From Amoebidium appalachense (Eukaryota > Protista > Ichthyosporea): a DNA stretch of 64,000 nucleotides. The stretch lies in assembly GCA_963693365.1 (NCBI GenBank), contig CAVNZM010000004.1, forward strand, positions 1-64,000, in the 5' to 3' direction. Positions within the stretch are counted from its first letter, which is position 1, and the number at the start of each line of letters is the position of its first letter. Of this stretch, positions 1-12,392 are shown in pieces. A model generated the notes under the pieces. The model was given only the letters and a program-made list of their open reading frames with translations, ran no database searches and was not told where the DNA came from. Made by a program: the position numbers and the translations under genes.

Positions 1-843
1 AGAGTGTCGGGGATGGAGGGCACGTAGAGTACATCCGTCAGCTGATGCACCGCAGTAACGCCGTCGATGGTGCTGGAAAAGAACACGTCGCCCACCCCAA
101 GCACTGCACATGCACCCTTGTCGGCTACTTGGACCGTGGAGTAAGGCGCCGCACGCATGTTGACGAACACATCGGGCCGGGGGCACACATGGTCAGTGGC
201 TCCAGAGTCGAGGAGCACCTTGTTGGTGCCACAGTCGTTGCTAGACATGAGGAAAGCCCGGGGAGCGGCAGGCCCCCCCCTTGCACTGTGCCGTAGTGTG
301 GGTAGTAGAGGCAGGGTGGTTGATGCAGGACCCAGGCGGGAGGGGACCACCCTTAGGTTTGCGGCCGTTGGCACGGTTGCCCCCCTTGCACATGGCGGTA
401 GTGTGACTGGTAGACAGTGGGTGGTTGACGCAGGAACCCTTGGGGTAGGTGCTGGCACGGTTGTTGCCAGAGTTGCTGTGTGGGCCGTTGCCGTTGGGGC
501 ACTGAGACTTGATGTGGCCTGGTTTGCCGCAGCCGTGGCAGATGACAGGTTGAGGAGCCCGTGTGGTGAAGGCGGCCGGCCCGGAGCTGGTAGTCACACG
601 TGCACGTGGGTGGCTGGTCTCATATGCCCGTAGCTGTTGGAGGAGGCCCATCACGGTAGGCTTGGGTGTCATCTTGTAGGCAATGACAGGCATTTCGTAG
701 TAAGGCACCTTGCCGAGGTCGTTGGTGAGCTTGGTCAGCACTTGAGCATCACCAATTTGTGTGCCGTAATCGGCCAGGCGCCGCACGTAGCCGCGGAGCT
801 TCATGGCGTATTTCGTCGCGGTGTCCGTAGGTTCAGGAGTAGA
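1..843 (-). pseudogene. Ty1/Copia gag C-terminal half and aspartic protease (continues off the left edge)
   Basis: Minus frame gives a CCHC knuckle (CHGCGKPGHIKSQC). After a 1-nt shift in the C8 run at 273-280 it reads VLLDSGATDHVCP...VQVADKG...GVGDV...LTDVLYVP, a typical Copia protease. It joins in frame to 8546-8922 once the insertion is removed. Confidence 0.9.
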
Positions 844-3104
844 CATCAGCAAAGATCACCCCCCATCCGAAACCTGTCCTGTACGACTTTAGGACGTCCT
901 ATCGTCGTTAATATATCTAAAAGATAGCTTAGGACGGGTTTAGGATAACCCGGAATTTCAGGATGGCAAGGCGTCTGAAACACATCCCATATATATTAAA
1001 TACGTCTGGCATGGATTCAAGACAGTGGACATCTTAAAGACGTAGTAAAGTCGTCTGACAAGATGTCATACAGACACCTGGAAGTGCACTTATACCCATC
1101 AGCACAAGTCCGGATGTCCTTAACCCCCCTTTAAATTGTCCGATGGGTTGCGGATGCATACGGGATATATTAAAGACGTCTTTCGAATTTTCTGGTCTTT
1201 TACGTCTTAAAGATATCCTGGACGGATTGAGGACATATTGTTATCATCCCGGAACATGGGGTAGTTAACAGATGTCCTAAAGACGTCTGCACTCATTCTA
1301 CAGGATGTCTATGAGAGATACCGATACATATTATATAGATGTGTGTAAGATGCATTATACACGCAAGTAAGTTGACACAAGGCGCTCGTGGGATGGGCGT
1401 AGAGATATGTTAAAGATGTACTGCAGAGATCTTAGTACAATCTTTATCCTCTCTTAATCCCGTATGGCCATGCAACATTTGCGAAACGAACTGATTGCGT
1501 TAGGATGTCGTCAGGATATATCACAGCTAGGCAGTGGATCATCTAAGGAGATCTTTGGAGAGTTCTTTTGTAGCGCTTTTGGCCATCCCAATTATATCTT
1601 CAAGACAGGCCATGTCTGTGCATGTGATATGCTAACGCAATCTTAGGCAAGTATTGGTGATACCTTTCTGCGATCTTCACGCCCTATTTGGGGTAGCTTA
1701 AAGATGTTCAGAGTTGCAATTAGGTATTGTGTTAGGATTACTTTAGGACCTCTTTAAGGCTTTACTGGGATCGATTTAGATGATCTTTAAGTGTTCCCTG
1801 GGATAGAAAAGCAAAGCACGTATCGCTATCCTCAGCCACGGCGTCTTCACCACCCGGTCAATGCCGATTACCCAGGACCACGATCCATGAAGCGCGGGTT
1901 AGCTCAATATATACGGCCGGAATAGGGATTTCGCATTTGATTGTGGGATAGATCACTCCAACGTTTTTGATTGGTTGTTTTTTAGGATCGAATTTCACAC
2001 TGCATTCACAATGAAGGCGTCACAAGGTACGCTTTTATTGAAACATGAAACATGAAGGCGTCGCGCAGGTGCGCGCGAGGCGTTGATAGCCAATGGAAAC
2101 AAAGATTTACTGGAGGGGTGCAAACCAGAATCCGAAACACTGTTATCATTACAATCATGATCCGTCTAATGTAAGTAAAGCTGGGGCATTCAACTGCCAA
2201 ATACAGAAGTTTTAGTTATAATAATATTTAAGGTACCTATAAATTAGGCGAGATACCTTGGCAAACGGTGCAATGCCTGCGCGGAGCAAGTGGCCGGTGC
2301 GTGGAATTTACCCTAAATAAACACATTAAAAAATAAAAAAAATAATTATATAAAAATGCACAAAAAACGCAAAAAAACGCAAAGATATATATCGCATACC
2401 TTAGGAAGCTCCTAAGAATATCATCACGCTATACTAGAGCTATACTTACTATTCTGTCAGTACGTCCTGAATAAATACGCCAACCATACCTGAAACTGCA
2501 GTGCGGATCGCCGACCATAAAACTCCTTACACCCCACCACCCTAAGATACACTCCCTCCTCACCTTCTTGCAGTCGAATATAGCAGCTGTTGTATGGGAA
2601 TATTTTTCTTTTCACTGGAAGAGGCAGATCCCTCCGTGGAGTCCCCCGTGCTTCAGCAGGCGTTAAGCCCGCTAGGAACAACTGCAGCTGTAGCGGCAGG
2701 AACTTTAGGCAATTGCCACGTCCTTCAAGCCTGGGGCTGGGGTCGAAGTTCCCTTCTGATGCAAAATAGGCATCCAGCTTTGCAAGGTGCAGGCCTTTCT
2801 TATCCTGCAAGCCTGTGTTTGGGACCAAAGGATTCGAGTGGATCAGAGTAATCTTCCGCAGCGCAGCGGCGGGCCCGCCGGGGAGAGGAGGGGGGGGGGG
2901 GGGGGGGGGGGACGTTGCCATTGCCTTGGAAATAACCACCCAATGTGTAAACCCACCCCCCCCCCCCCCCACAAAAAAAAAGCACACTATACAATGACCC
3001 CCCCCCCCATGGACCCCACCTATGGGACCAGCAAATTTCAGTGGGGGTGTGTGAGCCATCACGTTTGATGCCTCCCCCCCCCCCCCCCCTTCCCCCCCCC
3101 CCCC

Positions 3105-3138
<34 letters not shown>

Positions 3139-3733
3139 TCCCCCCCGTCCATTCGGAGGGTTTTGGCAGATATTGAGATTTTAGATTTTTCGTCTTGAAA
3201 TTCCCCGATCACTGGCACGTTCCCCCCTCCGTCGGGAAAAAATCCTACGGACTCCCCCGTGTGTACTTTGCATTTACATACCTTCCCATTGGGAAAACAA
3301 AAAAAAACTGCATCGAAATCCGTCCATTCTGAGGGTTTTTGCTCGTTTTTTCCCTCCACAACACATGCACACTATAGAATGACCCCCCCCCCCCTCTTGG
3401 ACCCCCCCTGATGGGCCGGCAAATGCCCGTGGGGATGTGTGGGTGAACCTGGGCACTCCCCCCCACCCCCATCTACGTTTGGTGGTGAGAAAGTCAGCTA
3501 CTTGCTAAAGGAAAGGGTGTTTGGGTTTTTTGAATACGAAGGCTGGTATGTTGCATGCGGGACTGGAGAAAACACTGAAATTCCCCGATCACGTCCCCCC
3601 CCCTCCGTCGGGAAAAAAATTCTACGGACTCCCCCGTGTGTACTTTGCATTAACATGCACACATGCACACACACGGTGCACCCCCCCCCCCTCCCCTTCC
3701 CTCTCAACTGAGCACATACACACACACATACAT

Positions 3734-3772
<39 letters not shown>

Positions 3773-3934
3773 ACACACATGCACACATGCACACATGCAC
3801 GGACACGAATCCCCCCCTTCCCCTTCCCTCTCCACCGAGCACATGTACACATGCACAGACATGCACGCCCACACACACACAACACACACGATGCACACAG
3901 ACATGCACACACACACAAACACACAACACACACA

Positions 3935-4010
<76 letters not shown>

Positions 4011-4189
4011 CACACACACGGTGCATTTCCCCCCTCCCCTTCCCTCTCCACAGAGCACACACACACACACGTGCACACATGCACACACACGGTGCATCCC
4101 CCCTCTCCCCCCCTTCCCTTTCAACTGAGCACATACACACACAAAGACATGCACACACACACAACATACACAGACATCCACACATCAGA

Positions 4190-5295
4190 CACAGAACAGC
4201 TTCTAGCACGAGACATTTACCACAAAGTTTATGGCGGGGATGGTGAATATGCCCCTAGAGTACGAGGGTCACACGAAAAAAACACAACGTTGTAGCTCGA
4301 ATAGAACCCCCCTTGTAGCATAGTATATGTACATATGTTACCTAGACATTATTGGTTTTTTCAATAACTACCCACAGAACAGCTTCTAGCACGAGAACTT
4401 TACCACAACGTTTATGGGGGATATGGTGAATCTGCCCCTGGAGTACGAGGGTCACACGAAAAAAACACAACGTTGTAGCTCGTATAGAACCCCCCTTGTA
4501 GCATAGTATATCTACATAGTATGTTACCTAGACATTATTGGTTTTTTCAATAACTACCCACAGAACAGCTTCTAGCACGAGAAATTTACCAGAAAGTTTA
4601 TGGGGGGGATGTAGAATGTGCCCCTGGAGTACGAGGGTCACACGAAAAAAACACAATGTTGTAGCTCGAATAGACCCCCCTTGTAGCATAGTATATGTCC
4701 ATGTGTTACCTAGACATCATTGGTTTTTTCAATAACTACCCACAGAACGGCTTCTAGCACGAGACATTTACCACAAAGTTTATGGGGGGGATGGTGAATG
4801 TGCCCCTGGAGTACAAGGGTCACACGAAAAAAACACAACGTTGTAGCTCGTATAGAACCCCCCTTGTAGCATAGTATATGTACATATGTTACCTAGACAT
4901 TATTGGTTTTTCAATAACTACCCACAGAACAGCCTCTAGCACGAGAGATTTACCACAAAGTTTATGGGGGGGATGGTGAATGTGCCCCTGGAGCACGAGG
5001 GTCACACAAAAAAAACACAACATTGTAGCTCGAATAGAACCCCCCTTGTAGCATAGCATATGTATACGTGTTACCTAGACATTATTCGTTTTTTCAATAA
5101 CTACCCACAGAACAGCTTCTAGCACGAGAACTTTACCACAAAGTTTATGGGGGGGATGGTGAATGTGCCCCTGGAGTACATGGGTCACACGAAATAAACA
5201 CAACGTTATAGCTCGTATAGAACCCCCTTTGTAGCATAGTATATGTACATAGTATGTTACCTAGACATTATTGGTTTTTTCAATAACTACCCACA
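4190..5295. repeat. Tandem satellite, 6 copies of a ~183-bp unit
   Basis: Units starting CACAGAAC(A/G)GC at about 4190, 4373, 4559, 4741, 4923 and 5106, highly similar along their whole length. Confidence 0.95.
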
Positions 5296-5409
5296 TGCGG
5301 CATGTGTTACTTTCACGTTATTGGTTTCCTAGCACGGGATATTCAGCACACAGTTGGGGATGTGGGGGCAGTGTACACCTCAATATTGGTAAGGTGGTGG
5401 TGGGTGGGT

Positions 5410-5448
<39 letters not shown>

Positions 5449-5917
5449 CCACACAACCGAAACTGTCGGTGTTACAAGTGGTTCGGTCTTAGGAAGTTAG
5501 AACGGTGATTTTTTTTATTAATAGCGGGAAACAATATTATCCCCATTGCATATGGGGGGAACGAGGGAGGGGGGGGGGGGGGGGGGGGGGGTTTCACAAC
5601 GAATTCTATCGACTGTGCATAATTAATGTATATTGCACATGTAGCCTGAAAGATTAAAGTGAATGTGTGTATGTATATGTGCGAGTATATTTGTGTATGC
5701 AATACATGTACAATGTTTTCGTCTTTGTAGGTGGGTGGGTGGGGTGGGTGGGGGGGGGGGGGGGGGGGGGGGTGCGCGGGGGGGAAGAGGGAGGGGGGAG
5801 GGGGCATCATGATCAGGGATAACAGGGTGTGTGCGTGTGTGCGCTTGTGTGTGCATGTGCTGTGTGTGTTGTGTAGGTGTGCGCCTGTGTGTGTGTGCGT
5901 GCCTGTGTGTGCGCGCC

Positions 5918-5949
<32 letters not shown>

Positions 5950-5983
5950 GTGCATGTGTGAGCGTGTGTGCGTGCGCGCGCGC

Positions 5984-6028
<45 letters not shown>

Positions 6029-6415
6029 TGATTTCAAAGAAGTCGAAAGCGCCAATGACACCCATGTGTTTGAAAAAAAGACAAGCAAGCACGCTAAGAA
6101 GGACAGCAAGAAGTAACAGAAACCCTTTCATGCCGAAAAAATGGTCAAGAACAAAGAAGTGGAGGACACGTAACTATAGTCTGATAGTTGTGACTAAGGC
6201 ACGGCCATCTAGAAACACCAGATGGCCGTGGACTAAGGGCACTAAGGGTAGCGCTAAGGGCACCAAGCCGGATGCACGCGCGCGCGCGAGCCGAAATCTA
6301 TTTTTATCTTTTTTCTAATCAGGCGCGGCGAATAGTGATTGGCTAAATCCCAATCCGGTTTGCAATTTTTTCTCCATTTAAGCCTGTACGCACGTTGTTT
6401 GCTCCATTTCTCTTC

Positions 6416-6545
6416 CCCCTTCCCGCAGGTCTGCAGGTCCTTTCCCGCAGGTCGCCTGGTCGCAGGTCCCTTCCCGCAGGTCGCCTGGTCGCAGTTCCCT
6501 TCCCGCAGGTCGCCTGGTCACAGATCCCCTCCGCAGATCCCGCAG
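6416..6545. repeat. Minisatellite, ~29-bp unit (CCCTTCCCGCAGGTCGCCTGGTCGCAGGT), about 4 copies
   Basis: Direct repeats read from the sequence. Confidence 0.85.
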
Positions 6546-7056
6546 CCACCGTGCTGATTGTTTTGGACCATGCTGCCCTTTGAAGGTTAGTTTTGTGTTG
6601 CCTGCTTTTGTGCATATGGTCTGGTCTGTGTCCGTCCTGTATTATGTCTGTGTCTGTGTCTGTGTGTGTGTGTGTGTGTGTATGTGTGTGTGTGTGCGTG
6701 CGTGTGCGTGTGTCTGCTGGCTGCAGATGCACGTTGCCTTTCACGTTCATGAACCAGCGACTGTGGGCACTACTTTTGCTGTTAGCACTATAGCTATCAT
6801 CCCCTCCACCGATCGTTCAAGCTATTTTCTGCTTCTCTAGACTTCATAAGTTCTGGTCCGGGTTTCCGTCCTTACTATGTTTGAGGTTGGTTCTGTCGAC
6901 ACTTTTTTTGCCACTCTCAGTCAGCCCCCTCAGTCCCCCCCTCCCCCCACTTCTTGCAAGTAGGATGAGCTAATTCTTAGCTCGAGTTCCTTTACAGGTT
7001 TTGGCAAGGTTGGCCCATGAAGTCATCAGCAGCTATAAGGCTACGTTATCATCTAG

Positions 7057-7500
7057 AGGTGGGTACCGGCTCTTTGTCCTATGGCTGCTGTTGTTTCCGT
7101 TTTTCGTTTCATAGGTGGGTACCGGCTCTTTGTCCTGTTAAGGTAAATAAAGTATGGAGGCAAGACCCTGTGGGTCTGGGGCTCTTTGTCCTATGGCTGC
7201 TGTTGTTTCCGTGTTTCGTTTGTGTGTTGCTCTTATAGCACATGAATGATCATGTGCATGTTTAGCACCCATAGGTGGGTACCGGCTCTTTGTCCTGTTA
7301 AGGTAAATAAAGTATGGAGGCAAGACCCTGTGGGTCTGGGGCTCTTTGTCCTATGGCTGCTGTTGTTTCCGTGTTTCGTTTCTGTGTTGCTCTTATAGCA
7401 CATGAATGATCATGTGCATGTTTAGCACCCATAGGTGGGTACCGGCTCTTTGTCCTGTTAAAGTAAATAAAGTATGGAGGCAAGACCCTGTGGGTCTGGC
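7057..7500. repeat. Tandem repeat, 160-bp unit, about 2.5 copies plus partial pieces
   Basis: ATAGGTGGGTACCGGCTCTTTGTCCTGTTAA starts at 7111, 7271 and 7431. Confidence 0.9.
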
Positions 7501-8545
7501 ATCTCGTCGTCGTCATCGATCGTCAAAGGTTCATGTGGGGTGGGTGGTGGTCCCCAGGAAAAGACCCTGTGGGTCTGGCACCTCATCGTCGTCATCAATC
7601 GTCAAAGGTTCATGTGGGGGGGGGGGGGGAGGAGGAGGGAGGTGGGGGTTTAAGATATCATCACGACAACCTCCAGCCATCCAACAGATGACTTTAAGGA
7701 TGACGACGGTCTTTTTAGTGTGACTTTTAGAACATCCTGAAAGATGGCTTTAAAATTGCATCAAGAAATCTTCCGGTGCTCTTACCAGAACTATGAATAT
7801 ATAATTATTCTATCTATGGGAGCGACCATATATAACGTTAGGCCGTCTAAAGTGTATATTAATTGTGTCTTTTCCTCAATTAATGATAAATCTATATTAT
7901 GACCTAAATACGTCTAACGCATATCTTGTTTGTGTCACTATGTACCAATAAAAATATCCCTAGCCTATCGGTGAGTTGCTTTTAGTACGTCCTAAAGTCG
8001 ACTATTCGTGTTAGACTGAAATAAAATATTACATAACTACATCGTAAGGATACATTTAGGTTAACCACAACACATCTCTAATATATCTCTGCAAATTCTT
8101 CAAGAGGTGTTAAGTATGCCATATATGTTCGTCTGAACTACATAAAGTAGTATTAAAGATGGATATTGGTGATCGCAAAGCGCTCTTGTAGACGGTTGAT
8201 TGATAGCTTACAGATATGCTGGGGATATCTTTTTTAGTAAATGTTCATAAATATTGTCTTTTTATAGATTCGTTTAAGACATAACAAAGACGGCTCTAAG
8301 ATATGCTTGGGGGAGGAAACAGATGGAACACGGGATAGGGTTTCGCCGGGTTACAGATATGCTAAGGACGTACTTACAGAGATGTCTTTAATATCGCCTG
8401 CTAAAGCCGGATGGGTTAGGGATAGCTTGGAGTCATCTCTAACTAATAACGGTTACAAAGGGTATGGTTCAGGATGGGTTACGGGTTTAGGATGTCCCAG
8501 ACGGGTTTGAGACGGGAAAAAGATGCCGGGAGATGTTTGCTGATG

Positions 8546-8922
8546 GAATTCATGTACAGCCCGATAAGGTCGTACTGATTGGCCTCAGATTGCTCCAGGT
8601 AGTGGGCAGATAGGGCCGACCATATCTCCGCAGGTGTGGTGGTGCGTGTTAACCCTAGGATACAACGCACGTCAACCGAGAGTGCTTGCCACAGGTAGGA
8701 ACGGGCAGTGTCGACCTGTTCACGGGTAGCCGGGTGCTCCGTACTGGGCGCGATGGTGTGGAGAAGACCAGCACCAGAAAGCTGGACATACATGGTTTCG
8801 GCCCATGTGTGGTAGTCCGTGCCTGAATCATTATCAATGCCAGTGAAGAGAGGGATGTCGACCTTGAACTTGATGGAATCATTACGTGAGGGGCCCATAA
8901 CCCTGTTGGACATCGTGTTCAT
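8546..8922 (-). pseudogene. Ty1/Copia gag N-terminal half
   Basis: IPLFTG...DYHTWAETMYVQLSGAGLL...TTPAEIWSALSAHY is the Copia gag N-terminal/UBN2 pattern. First ATG at 8922; the frame stays open upstream to about 9060. Confidence 0.85.
8891..8902 (-). promoter_or_regulatory. Copia primer-binding site
   Basis: Minus strand reads ...TCCAACA g GGTTATGGGCCC, the Copia-type PBS for an internal part of initiator tRNA-Met, right after the LTR-terminal CA. Confidence 0.8.
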
Positions 8923-9332
8923 AGAAGCTAGTTCTAGTGCACGTTGTTCCTTCTGTAAGTCAGAAATAATTCCATTTTGTGAGGCCAACCTCTGCTCCAG
9001 TAGTTGGACTAGTTGCTGCGTTGAACTGTAAGTTGTGGACACAGTGTCGTGTATGATGGGTAACTAGTCTATGTGTTTTGTTCACTGAAAACGACAGTAG
9101 AAAAGTGTAAATCAAACGTTCTGCTTCCCATGTTTGTGACATGGGAGGCACTGCTTTATATAGTCGTTGGCCACCTCATGGTGGCCTCGTGTGCACCCTG
9201 GTGGTGGGCCATGTACAGCATGGCCGAAAAGAGAGCATAATGAAAACAAGTCGTTAAAGATATAAAAGTTAACTGTGCACGTTGAGTGGCTAGTTAACTT
9301 GCACTAAAGCACACAAATAAACGTGTTTAACA
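8904..9332 (-). mobile_element. 5' LTR of the Copia element (~429 bp)
   Basis: TGTT...AACA ends, adjacent PBS, and TATA-like CTATATAAAG on the minus strand at 9154-9163. The partner LTR is outside the window, so the outer boundary is unconfirmed. Confidence 0.7.
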
Positions 9333-12329
9333 CACCAATTGCAGTTAAACGTAAATCTTACTTCACACAACTAAAAATATTCTGAGAATATCCGGGAATA
9401 AAGCACACTACCACTCTAAGAATAGAATCCTGTGGTAAATATAGACATGACATCATCTGAACCGGGAATATTCAAATTAATGAGCACAATTAGCACGTTG
9501 CTAGTGAAGCTCGTCATTGGTACAGTTTTGGCTCAAACATATAACTACCATATATGAAAATATGACCGTAAACAAAAGCTCTATGCACTCGAGTGAGTGT
9601 TGAAACAATTATTCAATTGCTCAGAAACTTTCTCTAACAGACATTGCTAGCCGGGAGTACCAGTGTACTCCAACACCCAGCCCTTCCTCAGGGATTGGGT
9701 GTGGCATCAAACCCGTCATGGCGGCCGGATAGATGCATCTACAGCGGAGGGAGTCCATCAGGTGATCCCCCCCCCCCCCCCCCCCCCCCCTCTCTCCCCA
9801 CCACCCCCTGCCTCTTTTCCACTTTTTCTCTCCCCTCCCCTGTCTCTCTGTTCTGGGCCTTACAGGTGGTTCCTCCGTTTTAGAAGTTGTTTTTTATGTA
9901 ATATGTTAGGTGTGTCCTTTTGCATCTTGTGGATACCAATGCCTTCACCGCTCAGGCCTTCCCTTGCACTTAATCTTATGGACCTTTGTGCCTGTCCCAT
10001 GATCTGTTTGGCATGGCATGTTACACAGCAGAAGCTTTGGCGGCGCAAAGTTTTCTTACAAACCCTCGTTATTGCAGATGATTGTTCCTGCAGTTTTCAT
10101 TTGGGATCCGCAATCACATTTTCACCATGGGCGGCGAGAGCTGTTGTGCCCCACGGACGAGTGTGCCGGTACCAGGCTAAAGAAGAACGGGTGGACTGAC
10201 AACGCGAAAAACCCTCCTAGGTCAGTGTATGACATGAAAGGTCAAACTCTTATAGTCAGTCGTGTGTATTGTTGCAACAAATGCAGCAGATGCTTCCGTG
10301 GGCACGATCCCAATTTTCTTAGCCACCTGGATACCCATTTGAATGGACTCTTTCCTTTCTACCTCACCAGCCGCGCGGGTGCTAGCCGGGCAGTAGTGAA
10401 CCAAATATGTCATTTGGTTTGGAACGGCCGTGGCTTTTTGGGTGTAGAGGAATACTTTGATAGCCGATATGAAACGGAATACAATCAAATGCGACTCGCG
10501 GTTCTTACACAACAATGCTCGTTTTTGGGAAGGTTTGCCCCCGCCGGTCAAGCTTCAATGCTGGACCATATAACACACGAACGCACCAGTACTTCCCTAA
10601 TGCCAGAGCGCAGCGACATGTTCCATTACCACCGACCATCCGATACGTATATTGCCGATTTGTATTTGGCGGTTTTTGAGGGCCATCTGAAAGAGCCCAT
10701 GACGGCGGCGATGGCAAATATACCCTGCACCCAACTATCGGCAGACCATACCTTCAAAGTGAGCATGAACATAGGTTACCTTTCCGGCGATGAGTGGGTT
10801 CAGCAATATACGGCCATGTTCTGTGTTCTTAATGAACACGGTCAAGTAGTTTCTTGGCAGTTTGTTAACAAGGAGGGGTTTAAATACGTCGAGACAGCAT
10901 TACGACTGCTTCAGCAGAGGTGTGTGCGGCTCGAAACGGAGATTTCACACTTTTATATTGATAATTACTGTAAACACCGGGAGCAGATAATCACAATATT
11001 CGGACCACAGTGTATTGTTAAATTAGACCCGTTCCATGCAGTTCAGCGAGTGACAAGGGCCATGTCCAAGCGGCACGTGTATCATGGACCTGCATCCGGG
11101 GCCTTTGGTAAAGTTTTGCGTGCACCCGGAGATAATGGTAAGCATCGGACTCTGCCGACCCCAGAGCCGGCCGTTATTGAATCGAACATACACCACTTTC
11201 TAGAGGTGTGGGGAGGGGTGCATGATAAGGATGGGGTTGCTGTTGTAAATGCAGAGGCTCGCGCCGAAATTAATTCCCTTCTGGTCCATGTTCGGAAAGG
11301 CTGCCTAAGTGGCATCCCTGTTGGGCGTGGCACCGGGCAAAATGAAATTTTACATCGCCAACTTCGCACACATGTCAAGGGTATCACGCGTATGACTGCA
11401 CGAACGGCACTTTCGATTTTTGTTCCACGTTTCAATAAATACAACCACAAGCGCGACCCCAATGTTGCTAGCACCCATGCCGAACGCACGCGCCAGCGGG
11501 GCAGGGCAGCACCCGATTATCTCGTCGCCCCTACTGCGGATCACCTTCATGGTGTTCTTGTTTTTGGCCGGGGCTACCAGCGCGCACCACTCCTTCTTCC
11601 ACACGAGGAGCCGGAGGTATTTGGCTGTGGGGTAAAAGTCACTCGCCGTCAGGATTCTCGTCAGCCAGCCGCGCGGGTGGCTGCAGCGCAGGCAGCGTTG
11701 GATCGGGCCCCAGAGGCTATGATGTGTGGGTGGTCCCCCCCCTCTAGTGTGCGCCTCCCATTTCCTCCTTCACCCTTCCCCCCATCACCTCCTTTCCCTT
11801 TACTCGTTCCCTTTGTTATAAATTTCCACATCACTACCACCCGGCACTCTGATTAGTCGCTGCTTCCCCCTAGCCCCCCCCCCCCCCCCCCCCCCTCCCC
11901 CCCCCTCTTCTCCCCATACAGGGCAGAGCGACCCTTCCCCCCCCCCCCCCCACACACACACACACACACAATTGGACTCTAATTGTGTTGCGTCCTCGCT
12001 TTATGCTGCCTTTTCTGCTTTGGCTTGCCTCTTATATGTTGCTATCACCCGATAGGGTGTGTGTGGCAACGTGTTCCATATGTTTTGTGTGACCATTCTG
12101 TGCAGCGTACCCACTTAAAGCCCACTCCTCCGCTTTTCCCCCTTCCCTCCCTTCCCCTTTAAGCATACAATTAGTCAAGAGGCAGTACAGGATAGTGGGT
12201 AGAGAGTTTCTGTGTGTCACGGTGTATGCCTGTGGGTGTGTGCTTGTCTGTGTGTGTGTGTGCCTGTGTGTGTGTAGTGAGTGTGTGTGTGTGTTGACTG
12301 TGTGTTTGTGTGTGTGTGTGTGTGTGGAC

Positions 12330-12392
<63 letters not shown>

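Larger units (their letters stand above)
844..8545. mobile_element. Non-autonomous TIR DNA transposon with a 2-bp TSD (CMC/EnSpm-like), inserted in Copia gag
   Basis: Left end CATCAGCAAAGATCACCCCCCATC matches the reverse complement of the right end CATCAGCAAACATCTCCCGGCATC. GA is duplicated at 842-843 and 8546-8547. Removing the element and one GA restores gag (LYMNS|TPEPTDT). Both subterminal regions carry palindromic GACGTC-type motifs. No transposase is seen inside. Confidence 0.85.

Noticed and set aside
273-280. Programmed gag-pol frameshift in the Copia element
   Set aside because: The shift lies in a C8 homopolymer. One base fewer gives CKGGPAAPRAF in frame, and Copia usually has a single ORF. 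A read error or simple indel is more likely.
3498-4295. Long HT/CV-repeat and poly-P/poly-G ORFs here and throughout the track
   Set aside because: These are translations of (CA)n/(GT)n and C/G homopolymers in introns or transposon interiors.
4190-5295. CRISPR-like array or ribozyme repeat
   Set aside because: Whole units repeat with no unique spacers, no hammerhead core (CTGATGA...GAAA) was seen, and the context is eukaryotic.
10018-11856. Assignment of the transposase to NOF/Rehavkus, Sola, or an RNA-guided Fanzor/TnpB nuclease
   Set aside because: The motifs do not match the signatures I recall for those families, and there is no RuvC plus zinc-finger layout. It is left as an unclassified DxxH-type DDE transposase.
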